Source of the DNA: Octopus sinensis
Taxonomy: Eukaryota
Direction: 5' to 3'
DNA: 64,000 bases
Assembly (NCBI RefSeq): GCF_006345805.1
Contig: NW_021832126.1
Span: forward strand, 426,910 to 490,909
Shown here: one piece after another, positions 11,128 through 22,795 of the stretch
Layout: each line of letters opens with the position of its first letter
Position numbering within the stretch: the first letter of the stretch is position 1
The notes under the pieces: generated by a model
The model's database searches: none
Seen by the model: only the letters and a program-made list of their open reading frames with translations
Told to the model about the DNA's origin: nothing
Position numbers and translations under genes: made by a program

Positions 11128-14100
11128 TTTTTTTTTTTGATTTTAATTGATTAAATGAACAAAACAATTGTCAGTTAACTAAATTAATCCAGCCGAACGG
11201 ATTGCTTGCGCGTTCCCGCGCACGATTGCGAGTGAGATCCTCTGCCTCAACCAAGAGGACTCGCGAGCATCCATCTTCTTCCGAGCGATGAGGATACCAA
11301 GGTCTTTTAGGAAGCATGAGGTTTGCGGGCCGGAAGCGCCTGATGTCTCAAGAGCCACAGGCACGAAGGAATGCCGAGTGGCAAGATTCTTGTATTTTTC
11401 CACTTTGCGGGCTTCCGCCACGGCCGCGACCGAGCCGGAAGTAGAAGCAGATGACGGTAGAGCGGATGGGGACCATGTGTCTGCGCACGTGGCGTCCCAG
11501 ATCAGGCAATTGCCATTCCGAAATGGGAAGGTGGTCATCCCGTCCGGACGTTTGCCGTCCCCTCTGTCCAATCCAACTGGTTCAAGCACGTTGGGGAAGC
11601 CAGCAGCGTTGAGAGCTCTTGAGATTACGTCGTTGATTGCTCCATGGCGAGGCGAGCGGCCTGCGCTCCGGCGGCAGGAGAGGGGGTGAAGGCCTTTCAC
11701 GTCCACCGTACCTCCGCATCGACAGGGATGAGGGGCGCAGACATCGAGCCCCAGCCGAAGAGCGACCCCGATGCGCAGTGTTTCGTTGTCCAATAGGGAA
11801 CCCGTCGATGACGTTGGGTAAGCGTCGAGCCAAGATCCACTATGCTCGTGTGCTGCCGAAAGCAGGCACGCCAGCCGGTGTTGGTCTAGCTCTGGTTTCA
11901 TCTTCGAAAACGAGTCGGCGGCCCATATTTCATCCCATTCACGTTGCACAGACATGTCGGACGGGAGGGGTAGTTTAGCGTCAGTCCAGAATTCCAGAAG
12001 GTCGGCAGTCGGCAACTCCAGAGAGAGTTCGTTGAAGGGGAGTAGAACCTCTCGGACAAGTTGCCGGCTTCTGGAAATTGAAGAGAAGTGTGCATGTGGA
12101 GCCAGATCTTTTGGCGAGCGAAGACCGATCCCGCCGAACCTGACGGGAAGTTTCGCTTGAGTCCAGCCGATTTCGTCAAAAGAGATGTTCAGGACTGCCT
12201 CCGTGCAAGATTTCAGTGATTTTTCCAAGTGAGTCAAAGTGTCTGGATGCGAGTAGCATGGCAGGCAGCGGAGCGTGTAAAGAAGTTTCGGCATGTGTAT
12301 GCTGTTTTTCATAAGGAAGAAAGCGATGTTGAGTCTAACTCCAATAGACTGCTCGTGAGGTTACGGAATTCAGAGTCCTTCTTCGCCAGATGGGCCTTTA
12401 GGCCAGATGGGCTTAAAGGGCATCCAAGGAAGGTTGCTTCTGATGGCTGGATTGTTTGTCTTCTGATAAAGAAGACAAAGAAGAAGATAAAGTAGATAAA
12501 GAAGATGAACCCTGAGAAGATGGTGACAAAGAAATGTTGAAAAAATAGCAGCTGTGTTAAAGAAACCAAACCAGTTTACACTTTCCTCCGCGAGACTTCA
12601 TCATGCGGTGTCTGTTTTTCTTCTTGCCCTGGCAAAAATGGGGTTCGCTGCTCCCTTTGCAATGGCTATTTCCATCTCTACTGCCTCAAAATCAGCAAGA
12701 AAGCCGCCTCGGCAATCACCAGATGGCTTTGCTCTTCCTGTCTGCTTTCTCCCCACCGTTCTGGGCCTATACTCACTAACCACCAGACCAAGCCCACGAC
12801 GGCCAGTAACTCATTCGAAAACGTGGACTCCTTCCTCGTCGAATTATCGTGTTTCCGCCGGGCTCTAAAAATCCCTCTCCGAATTCCTAAATCTGCCCGA
12901 ATACAAACAGCCACGTGCCTGTCAAATGTTATCAACGATACGCTTCTGTTGAATACTTGGGAAGCATGGACCCACTTCATCAGCTTTGCCCCTCTGACCC
13001 TCGGGACTCAGATTCGCACTGAAAAAAATCCACAACCCCTCTCCTCACGAATCAAACAGAACATCAGCAAAATCTTCTCTCTACCAAAGACTTCTCCCGC
13101 AAACTTTTCCTTCACACAACCCACGAAGAATGACAACAAGCACCCTAACCTGGACTACAACTCCGGGCGGAACTTGAGTGAACGTGTCAGTAGCAAGCTG
13201 GCTGAAGGCGACATCCGAGCTGCTATCCGCACTGTCATGAACGACGACACGGTCGTACTTCCAACTCCCGACGTTCTCGACAAACTGAAACCAAACATCC
13301 AGACCCTCCCGTCGACCTCCGACCCTTGAACGCCCAAGAGACATTCCAGTTCTGACTTGACCAACGAGGAAGTCAAACGATCAATTCAATCTTTGGGGAA
13401 AAGCAGCTGTGGGGCCTAGACGGACTACGCCCAGGGCACCTTAAAGACCTCATTTCTCAAACGACAGGCGAGGCAGGCCAAAATCTACTCACTGCCATCA
13501 CCACACTTATAAACCGGTTGCTGAGCGGGAACATCCCGAATTTTGCATGAAGCTACTTTTCTCGTCTCATCTACTGGCATTCAGAAAAAAGGACGGAGGT
13601 ATTCGTCCGATCGCTGTTGGCAACTTGTTCCGCCGGCTTGCCGCTAAAGCTGCCGCACGACACGCCAGTCTACGCCTCAGCACCGAACTAGCTCCACTTC
13701 AACTGGGAGTCGGGATCCCAAACGGCTGTGAAGCTGCCGTACACGCGGCCCGAACTCTCTTACTTTCAAAGGACGCTCTACTCCATCGTCACGTGGCTGT
13801 CAAACTCGATCTGCGTAATGCCTTCAACAGCGTCAGGAGGGACCGTATAATGGAGGTATGCGTCGAGAGGGCTCCGGAGATTTCCCAGCTTGTCTTCCTC
13901 TCGTACGGGGAAGACACCTCACTTATCTTTGGGGATAAAGTCATCCGTTCTCGAACAGGAGTCCAACAAGGCGACCCTCATGGACCATTACTATTCGCCT
14001 TAGCAATCGACGAGGCTGTACGATCAATCCTCTCACCATTCAATTTATGGTACCTGGACGACGCCACCATTGGCGGCTCAGTTGAATCCATTACCGAGGA

Positions 14101-14224
14101 CCTATCCCGCCTAATCCCTTCTCTGCGCAACCTTGGACTGAACGTTAACGTGGATAAATCGGAAATCCTAAACCTCAACTACCCTGAGGCGGATTTTCCG
14201 AATGTCAACATGACAATTCAAGGC
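11128..14224 (-). mobile_element. CRE-clade non-LTR retrotransposon (PHD-RT-RLE) with inverted 5' half
   Basis: 3' half on minus (12455->11128) has CRCG...HPLSC, KRPDG...LIWDATC, QRISLAIVRGN and a poly(A) tail. 5' half on plus (~12480-14224) has PHD, KKDGGIRPI, QQGDPHGP and WYLDD. 15-bp TSD ttcaacgttatttat at 11113-11127 and 14225-14239. Confidence 0.92.
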
Positions 14225-14278
14225 TTCAACGTTATTTATAAACATATTCATCATAAAAAAGACACTAAAGAAAACAGA

Positions 14279-14367
14279 CCCTAATCCTAATCCCTGACCA
14301 TAAAACTGACGCTAACCCTGACCCTAACCCCTGATCCTGACCCAAACCCCTAACCCTGACCCTAATC
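14279..14367 (+). repeat. Degenerate telomere-like hexamer tract (CCCTAA/CCCTGA variants); a weaker (TAACTY)n tract lies at 11068-11105
   Basis: ccctaatcctaatccctgacc...ctaaccctgaccctaacccctgatcctgacccaaacccctaaccctgaccctaa. Confidence 0.7.
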
Positions 14368-14754
14368 AACCTGGGCTCGTATTCAACCGGTCACATTTCT
14401 TATATAACTTCTTTTGTTTTGGAAAACCAAACGTGAACAATCCATAGTATATAGCGTGCGTAATATTTAATTAAAATTTGATGAAAAAAAGATATTAACA
14501 AATTAATAAATATATTATAATATTTTTAAAGTGCCATTTGTGTCATTATCTTAATAATAAAATGGTATGGTGTGTGTCTGTCTGTCGTCTGTCTGGTGTC
14601 TGTCTGTCTGTCTGTGCACACCCACATTCAAATGTTACAAACCAGATCAAATTGTCAAAACCTTCCCTTTTGTAGTTATTCGATAATGAGGCACAATAAA
14701 AGGTTGATATCCTCTAAGAACCTCCTGTCAAAAAATTTTAATAAGAAAGAATAT

Positions 14755-15000
14755 CCTCGATGATGAGGTCCCCCAAACCTTCAAGTCAATTTTCTGCGTT
14801 TTTGTTAAAATGAACAACAAGAAAGTCCTCGACTCACATGATGTGGTCCCCAAAACCTTCAAGCCAAAAAAATAAAAAAAATTATTTTCTGCGTTTTTGT
14901 TAAAATGAACAACAAGAAAGTCCTCGACTCACATGATGTGGTCCCCCAACCTTCAAGCCAAAAAATTAAAAAAAAAATATTTTCTGCGTTTTTGTTAAAA
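14755..15000 (+). repeat. 96-bp satellite, left remnant (about 2.5 units)
   Basis: Same unit as 16396-20240; separated from the main array by a CRE insertion. Confidence 0.95.
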
Positions 15001-16395
15001 AAGTTTATTGCAATTTACTGATAAAAGTTATTATATCGAAAGAGAAGAGATGATTTGAGAATCAATTGAGGAAGCCCGCTGCCTGTATGGAAAGCGAGTT
15101 CCCTCGGAGTATGGCTATTCCGATCCTTTGTCTTAGCCATACTCCTTCACGAGGATCATTCTTCTTTGTGGCGAGCATTCTTCCGAGTTCGCGCAAGAAC
15201 TCGGCAGTCGCTGGGCCAACTGCTCCTGATGACTCAGCCGCAACTGTGGTGAATCTGTAGCGGTCCCCGAGGAAGGAATATTTTTGGTTTTAAGGTTTTC
15301 CGCGATTGAGGCAGCTGCTCCAGGTGTCTGAACCGATTTAAGGAGATTCGTGCTTGAGTAAGTATCGACGCAAGTTGCGTCCCAGACCAAAGATCGTCCG
15401 GAGTTGAAAGGGAAAAGAGTTCATCCCGTCAGGTCTCTTTCCATCACCTCGATCGAGACCCACTGGTTCAAGCTGTGCTGGGAAGCCTGCAGCCTTCAGA
15501 GCTCTGACGATCACGTCGTTCAGAGCGGCGTGACGTGGTCCTCTTCCGGCGGATCTCCTGCAGGATAGCGGGTGCAAAATCCTTCGCATCGACCGTTTCC
15601 CGCAGCGGCATCGGTGCTCCTGGCAAACGTCTAGTCCAAGTCTTTGTCCGATTCCAATCCTCAAAGAATCGTCGTCCAAAAAAGTCCCGAGATTTGGGCA
15701 AGGGATTGCACCAAGCCATGCTCCGCTCCCTCCACTTGAGGCTGACACCAGGCAAGCAAGACGATGTTGATTTGCTTCTTTTTTAAGCCTTCTGAATTTT
15801 GGAGCAGACAATGTATCCCAGTTCCTTTGTTTCGTTGTGTCTTCGGGGATTTTGAGTCCTGACCCGTTCCAATCCCGGCAAGCTTCATCAAATGACTCAT
15901 TCCAGCGAAGTCCAATAGTGTGACGAAGGACTTGCCGTGTCAAATGGTTGCAGCTTGAGAGAGACGAAAGATATGCCGGGTACGCGACCTCCAGCGCCGA
16001 TCTTAGACCGACACCCCCAAATCCAGAGGGAAGCTTACATTGCTTCCAACCGAGTTCGTCGAAGCGGACGTTGATTAGTGACTCAACAGTTTGTTTGAGA
16101 GATTTGTCTATCGAAAGTAGACTGTCGTAATGTTCGTGGCAGGGTGAACTTCGCAGTAGGTATAAAAGCTTGGGTAGTCCGATGTTGTTTCTCATCAGGA
16201 AGAAGGATGTGTGAGAGTCGAGGCATGACAATCTTTTTGCGAGGCGAGATAATTCTTCATTTTTAGAAAGTAGATGGTTCCTGAGTTCGTCTTCACTGAG
16301 TGGACATCCAAGGAATATAGTTTATCAACTGGCACAGTCGGGATCCCGGGAAGCAGTTCGTTGAAAAACTCCTTGATAGAGAGAAAGTCGGAAAG
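15001..16395 (-). mobile_element. 5'-truncated CRE element inserted in the satellite
   Basis: IGLPKLLYLLRSSPC, CRCG...HPLSCRRSAGR, KRPDG, WDATCVD; 11-bp TSD ttttgttaaaa at 14990-15000 and 16396-16406; ends just after AATAAA with no obvious poly(A). Confidence 0.9.
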
Positions 16396-19300
16396 TTTTG
16401 TTAAAATGACAACAAGAAAGTCCTCGACTACATGATGTGGTCCCCCCAAAACCTTCAAGCCAAAAAATTAAAAAAAATTATTTTCTGCGTTTTTGTTAAA
16501 ATGAACAACAAGAAAGTCCTCGACTCACATGATGTGGTCCCCCAAAACCTTCAAGCCAAAAAATTAAAAAAAATTATTTCTGCGTTTTGTTAAAATGAAC
16601 AACAAGAAAGTCCTCGACTCACATGATGTGGTCCCCCAAAACCTTCAAGCCAAAAATTAAAAAAATTATTTTCTGCGTTTTTGTTAAAATGAACAACAAG
16701 AAAGTCCTCGACTCACATGATGTGGTCCCCAAAACCTTCAAGCCAAAAAATTAAAAAAAATTATTTTCTGCGTTTTTGTTAAAATGAACAACAGAAAGTC
16801 CTCGACTCACATGATGTGGTCCCCCAAAACCTTCAAGCCAAAAAATTAAAAAAAATTATTTTCTGCGTTTTTGTTAAAATGAACAACAAGAAAGTCCTCG
16901 ACTCACATGATGTGGTCCCCCAAATTTTCAAGCTAAAAAATTAAAAAAATTATTTTCTGCGTTTTTGTTAAAATGAACAAGAAAGTCCTCGACTCACATG
17001 ATGTGGTCCCCAAAACCTTCAAGCCAAAAATTAAAAAAAATTATTTTCTGCGTTTTTGTTAAAATGAACAACAAGAAAGTCCTCGACTCACATGATGTGG
17101 TCCCCCAAAACCTTCAAGCTAAAAAATTAAAAAAATTATTTTCTGCGTTTTTGTTAAAATGAACAACAAGAAAGTCCTCGACTCACATGATGTGGTCCCC
17201 CAAAACCTTCAAGCTAAAAAATTAAAAAAAATTATTTCTGCGTTTTTGTTAAAATGAACACAAGAAAGTCCTCGACTCACATAATGTGGTCCCCCAAAAC
17301 TTCAAGCTAAAAAATTAAAAAAATTATTTTCTGCGTTTTTGTTAAAATGAACAACAAGAAAGTCCTCGACTCACATGATGTGGTCCCCCAAAACCTTCAA
17401 GCCAAAAAATTAAAAAAATTATTTTCTGCGTTTTTGTTAATGAACAACAAGAAAGTCCTCGACTCACATGATGTGGTCCCCCAAAACCTTCAAGCCAAAA
17501 ATTAAAAAAAATTTTTTCTGCGTTTTGTTAAAATGAACAACAAGAAAGTCCTCGACTCACATATGTGGTCCCCCAAAACCTTCAAGCCAAAAAATTAAAA
17601 AAAATATTTTCTGCGTTTTGTTAAAATGAACAACAAGAAAGTCCTCGACTCACATGATGTGGTCCCCAAAACCTTCAAGCCAAAAAATTAAAAAAAATTA
17701 TTTTCTGCGTTTTTGTTAAAATGAACAACAAGAAAGTCCTCGACTCACATGATGTGGTCCCCCAAAACCTTCAAGCCAAAAAATTAAAAAAATTATTTTC
17801 TGCGTTTTTGTTAAAATGAACAACAAGAAAGTCCTCGACTCACATGATGTGGTCCCCCAAAACCTTCAAGCTAAAAAATTAAAAAAATTATTTTCTGCGT
17901 TTTTGTTAAATGAACAACAAGAAAGTCCTCGACTCACATGATGTGGTCCCCCAAAACCTTCAAGCCAAAAAATTAAAAAAAATTATTTTCTGCGTTTTTG
18001 TTAAAATGAACAACAAGAAAGTCCTCGACTCACATGATGTGGTCCCCCAACACCTTCAAGCCAAAAAATTAAAAAAAATTATTTTCTGCGTTTTTGTTAA
18101 AATGAACAACAAGAAAGTCCTCGACTCACATGATGTGGTCCCCCAAAACCTTCAAGCCAAAAAATTAAAAAAAATTATTTTTCTGCGCGTTTTTGTTAAA
18201 ATGAACAACAAGAAAGTCCTCGACTCACATGATGTGGTCCCCCAAAACCTTCAAGCCAAAAAATTAAAAAAAATTATTTTCTGCGTTTTTGTTAAAATGA
18301 ACAACAAGAAAGTCCTCGACTCACATGATGTGGTCCCCAAAACCTTCAAGCCAAAAAATTAAAAAAATTATTTTCTGCGTTTTTGTTAAAATGAACAACA
18401 AGAAAGTCCTCGACTCACATGATGTGGTCCCCAAAACCTTCAAGCCAAAAAATTAAAAAAATTATTTTCTGCGTTTTTGTTAAAATGAACAACAAGAAAG
18501 TCCTCGACTCACATGATGTGGTCCCCAAAACCTTCAAGCCAAAAAATTAAAAAAAATATTTTCTGCGTTTTTGTTAAAATGAACAACAAGAAAGTCCTCG
18601 ACTCACATGATGTGGTCCCCCAAAACCTTCAAGCCAAAAAATTAAAAAAAATATTTTCTGCGTTTTGTTAAAATGAACAACAAGAAAGTCCTCGACTCAC
18701 ATGATGTGGTCCCCAAAACCTTCAAGCAAAAAATTAAAAAAATTATTTTCTGCGTTTTTGTTAAAATGAACAAGAAAGTCCTCGACTCACATGATGTGGT
18801 CCCCCAAAACCTTCAAGCCAAAAATTAAAAAAAATTATTTTCTGCGTTTTTGTTAAAATGAACAACAAGAAAGTCCTCGACTCACATGATGTGGTCCCCC
18901 AAAACCTTCAAGCTAAAAAATAAAAAAAAAATTATTTTCTGCGTTTTTGTTAAATGAACAACAAGAAAGTCCTCGACTCACATGATGTGGTCCCCAAAAC
19001 CTTCAAGCTAAAAAATTAAAAAAAATTATTTTCTGCGTTTTTGTTAAATGAACAACAAGAAAGTCCTCGACTCACATGATGTGTGGTCCCCAAAACCTTC
19101 AAGCTAAAAAATTAAAAAAAATTATTTTCTGCGTTTTTGTTAAAATGAACAACAAGAAAGTCCTCGACTCACATGATGTGGTCCCCCCAAACCTTCAAGC
19201 CAAAAAATTAAAAAAAATTATTTTCTGCGTTTTGTTAAAATGAACAACAAGAAAGTCCTCGACTCACATGATGTGGTCCCCCAAAACCTTCAAGCCAAAA

Positions 19301-20240
19301 AAATTAAAAAAAATTATTTTCTGCGTTTTTGTTAAATGAACAACAAGAAAGTCCTCGACTCACATGATGTGGTCCCCAAAACCTTCAAGCAAAAAATTAA
19401 AAAAATTATTTTCTGCGTTTTTGTAAAATGAACAACAAGAAAGTCCTCGACTCACATGATGTGGTCCCCCAAAACCTTCAAGCCAAAAAATTAAAAAAAA
19501 TTATTTTCTGCGTTTTTGTTAAAATGAACAACAAGAAAGTCCTCGACTCACATGATGTGGTCCCCCAAAACCTTCAAGCCAAAAAATTAAAAAAAATTAT
19601 TTTCTGCGTTTTGTTAAAATGAACAACAAGAAAGTCCTCGACTCACATGATGTGGTCCCCCTAAACCTTCAAGCTAAAAAATTAAAAAAATTATTTTCTG
19701 CGTTTTTGTTAATGAACAACAAGAAAGTCCTCGACTCACATGATGTGGTCCCCAAAACCTTTAAGCCAAAAAATTAAAAAAAATTATTTTCTGCGTTTTT
19801 GGTAAAATGAACAACAAGAAAGTCCTCGACTCACATGATGTGGTCCCCCAAAACCTCAAGCAAAAAAATTAAAAAAAATTATTTTCTGCGTTTTGTTAAA
19901 ATGAACAACAAGAAAGTCCTCGACTCACATGATGTGGTCCCTCAAAACCTTCAAGCCAAAAAATTAAAAAAAATTATTTTCTGCGTTTTTGTTAAATGAA
20001 CAACAAGAAAGTCCTCGACTCACATGATGTGGTCCCTCAAAACCTTCAAGCCAAAAAATTAAAAAAATTATTTTCTGCGTTTTTGTTAAATGAACAACAA
20101 GAAAGTCCTCGACTCACATGATGTGGTCCCCCAAAACCTTCAAGCCCAAAAATTAAAAAAAATATTTTCTGCGTTTTGTTAAAATGAACGACAAGAAAGT
20201 CCTCGACTCACATGATGAGGTCCTCCACAACCTTCAAGCC
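16396..20240 (+). repeat. 96-bp tandem satellite, about 40 copies
   Basis: Unit ttttctgcgtttttgttaaaatgaacaacaagaaagtcctcgactcacatgatgtggtcccccaaaaccttcaagccaaaaaattaaaaaaaatta; variation is mostly homopolymer length. Confidence 0.98.
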
Positions 20241-21229
20241 TCGTGAGGCCATTAATTAGCTTAGCTATTTTTCGATGACATAAATTCTTTTTTGTTAAAT
20301 TTTCGTTAAAAAATAAAATAAAAGCTCTAATTGTTATCGACCATGAATAGACTGTGCAATTATCAGTTTTGAAAACCACTAAAAAGGAAAAAGCAAAAAT
20401 TATTAGAGATTTACATAATTGATTCTTTTTAACTGCCGAAACTGACAAATTCGATTATGCTACTGTTTAGATTTCTTAAAAGATAGAGGCAAATAAAAAT
20501 TAAATTAGTCATGTAAATTTCAATTTGCCTATATTTAAATCTCCTTGATTTAACAGGCTTTAATTTTTTTCCTTATAATACTACAAAGATGAAGCTGATT
20601 ATCATTTTCTTTACCGAAACAGACAAGTTCGATTATGCTAAAGTTTCAATTCCTTTAAACATAGAGGCAATTAAGTATAATGGCTTTGATTGGATAATAC
20701 ACTTTACATAAATTTCACTAAATAAATTTACGTAGAAAATTTAATATAAATTACTGATTCGCGTTTACAAAATCATAAGAATGTCCTATAAAGAGAGATC
20801 TGAGAATGTTAACAAACAAGAGAATATGAACCTTATTTTTAGAGAACGAGTGCTTTTCACATGGCCAGCTGTATGTGGGGTGCTCAAGGGTAGGTAGAAG
20901 AGAAATTTATTTATATTTGCCAAGGATGGACGGACTGCAAACATCGTTTATCCACAGGCCTTAGAATAAGGTTATATCAAAGCAGGTCGCATTTATATAT
21001 CTACATAAATTTATAGTTATTTAAGGAAACTGCGAGCGTAGCGAGCAGGGCCTCCGCAGGAGCTAGCTCGCAGTGAGCGAAGCGAACTGCTGAGCTAGTA
21101 TTCAATAATTTCGAAAAAATTTATAAAAATTACAATATGACTAATTGATAATGTGCGCTCGGGGCGTAGTGCGCGTTGTGCATGCGACATATTATTATGG
21201 AAACAAATGTTTCGAATCGGTTCGGCACA

Positions 21230-21800
21230 TAGTCTTAACCTATTTGCGATAGAATGCAACATTTCATCTTGTATATAGCAGGAAATGAGAATATAATGAT
21301 TTGATTTGGGTTTATGAAGCGAAGGATATTTATGTGCCACACGACAAGCTTGATGCGGTGAGGCCACGAATCCAGCAAAGCCACACAGCAGTGGCAGTTC
21401 TAGCAAGGAAGTAATTTCACTACAGCTTAGGTCAGACGTGCACAGCTAATGTGCCAGAATTTATTACACATTGAACAGAGAACGCCACATTTCCTGGTGT
21501 TGGATTTATTACACCCATGGCAAACAGAGGGATCCCTTCCCACTGTCCTGAAAGTTTCTCACTTTTACAGTGGTTACAAGTTTCTGTTGACACTCGAAAA
21601 AATTCCTATCCTGCAAATATGAGAACCTTTTTTCTGATCGGGGAGAATTATTTCCATACTTCAACGATACGTCACTGTGCGGAAGGTCCAGGCTGCTAAA
21701 GATGGTCTCAAGATGCGTACTACGGGCTTTTTCAACAGCAAAGATGGCAAAATTCTTTTGGATACGCATGAAGCACTCCATCTTAGTAAAAATTTGCTCA
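21230..21800 (-). CDS. Unidentified multi-exon gene
   Basis: Open segments joined by GT-AG spacers of 20-26 nt (e.g. gtatggaaataattctccccgatcag, gtgtaataaatccaacaccag); no family recognised. Confidence 0.35.
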
Positions 21801-22093
21801 CCATTAGAAAATGAGATTTAGAAAATTATTGTTGAAGACTATGTTACAAAACACAAATAAATTGGAAATACAATTTCATAGTTATGTTAGACTTTGTAGA
21901 CGTTAGTTACGTGAATAACCATTGTGAAGACATGAATGGAAATTAAAATATGATGATTTCTTAGTGACTTGTAGAGAAAATGAAATTGCATACGATATTT
22001 TTTAGATAGCAAATAATTGATGATTTTTTTAAATATAAATTTTAATAAATATTAAGTAAATAATTTTAATAAAACGTGAGTTTTGTGTTGACC

Positions 22094-22795
22094 ATGCAAG
22101 TGGAGAGTACCTCATTAGTTGAACCAGTAATAATAGTAAAGAACATAATATATAGACTGAAGACATCCGTAAGATTCACGTCCCTCGACACCGCCTTTCT
22201 CCCATAAAAACAGTTTGGAAATCTCTCGTAGAAATCGTCGTGGACAAACTGAAACTAAATATTCGATTTTCGACTAAAACGTCAATGATTTACCTCAAAG
22301 TAATATTTTCGCTGAACCCAGACCTGTAAAGAGACCGAAGACCTGCAGGCAATTGAAAGGGCCGTCGACTTTGTCAAAGCAGTAGTGGTCGGCTTTGATT
22401 ATAACGTTGAATTTCTAAATTGTCGTAGGACGCTATTGCCCTTGTTCGCTTGGACGATTTATACGTAGAGACTTTCAGCATTCTCGACGGTTTGTTTCCC
22501 ATGTGACTGTTTAGTGCGTCCACTGCTGAAGGGAGATCACTTGTCACGTGCTATTGGTCGATTGGCGGGGAAGAATGGGAGAACTAAGTATGCTATTGAG
22601 AATGCAACAAGCACTCGGATTGTGCTTGCAGACTCCAATATTCACGTACTTGGGTCATATCAGAACAATCGTATTGCCAAAAGAGCCATTTCCCAGCTTA
22701 TTTTGGGTACTTGTTTTCTTATATTTCAAGGCAGTCAGCCTGGAAAGATATTTGGTAATCTGCGGACTATTGCTACCAGGCTTACAGAAAAATGA
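22094..22795 (+). CDS. PNO1: PNO1/Dim2 KH-domain ribosome biogenesis factor
   Basis: RKIHVPRHRLSPIK, AVDFVKAVVVGF, DHLSRAIGRLAGKNGRTKYAIENATSTRIVLADSNIHVLGSYQN, GKIFGNLR; micro-introns. Confidence 0.93.

Larger units (their letters stand above)
14549..21098 (+). mobile_element. Probable non-autonomous Helitron carrying a tandem array
   Basis: A|TC 5' end (atcttaataataaaa) followed by a (TCTG)n microsatellite at 14570-14617; GC-rich 3' hairpins (ctgcgagc...gctcgcag, ctcc-gca-ggag, gc-gaa-gc); CTAG|T 3' end at 21095-21099. Confidence 0.6.

Noticed and set aside
11288-15786. Antisense and alternate-frame ORFs overlapping CRE copies (also at 29106-30519, 36729-37326, 51326-52900)
   Set aside because: Expected shadows of GC-richer transposon coding sequence with no independent motifs.
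17910-19622. 32-aa repeat protein (MNNKKVLDSHDVVPQNLQAKKLKKIIFCVFVK)
   Set aside because: A by-product of a 96-bp unit; the frame is broken repeatedly by homopolymer indels and there is no coding-like substitution pattern.
16396-20240. CRISPR array
   Set aside because: The units are contiguous and near-identical with no unique spacers, there are no cas genes and the context is eukaryotic.
16396-20240. Spliced-leader RNA gene array (minus strand has cat|GTGAGT in a hairpin and an Sm-like AATTTTTTGG; CREs target SL genes in trypanosomes)
   Set aside because: There is no room for a promoter or spacer, the exon end CAT is atypical, the other CRE copies ignore this sequence, and a Helitron origin explains the array. 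A search of mRNA 5' ends for ggttttgggggaccacatcat would settle it.
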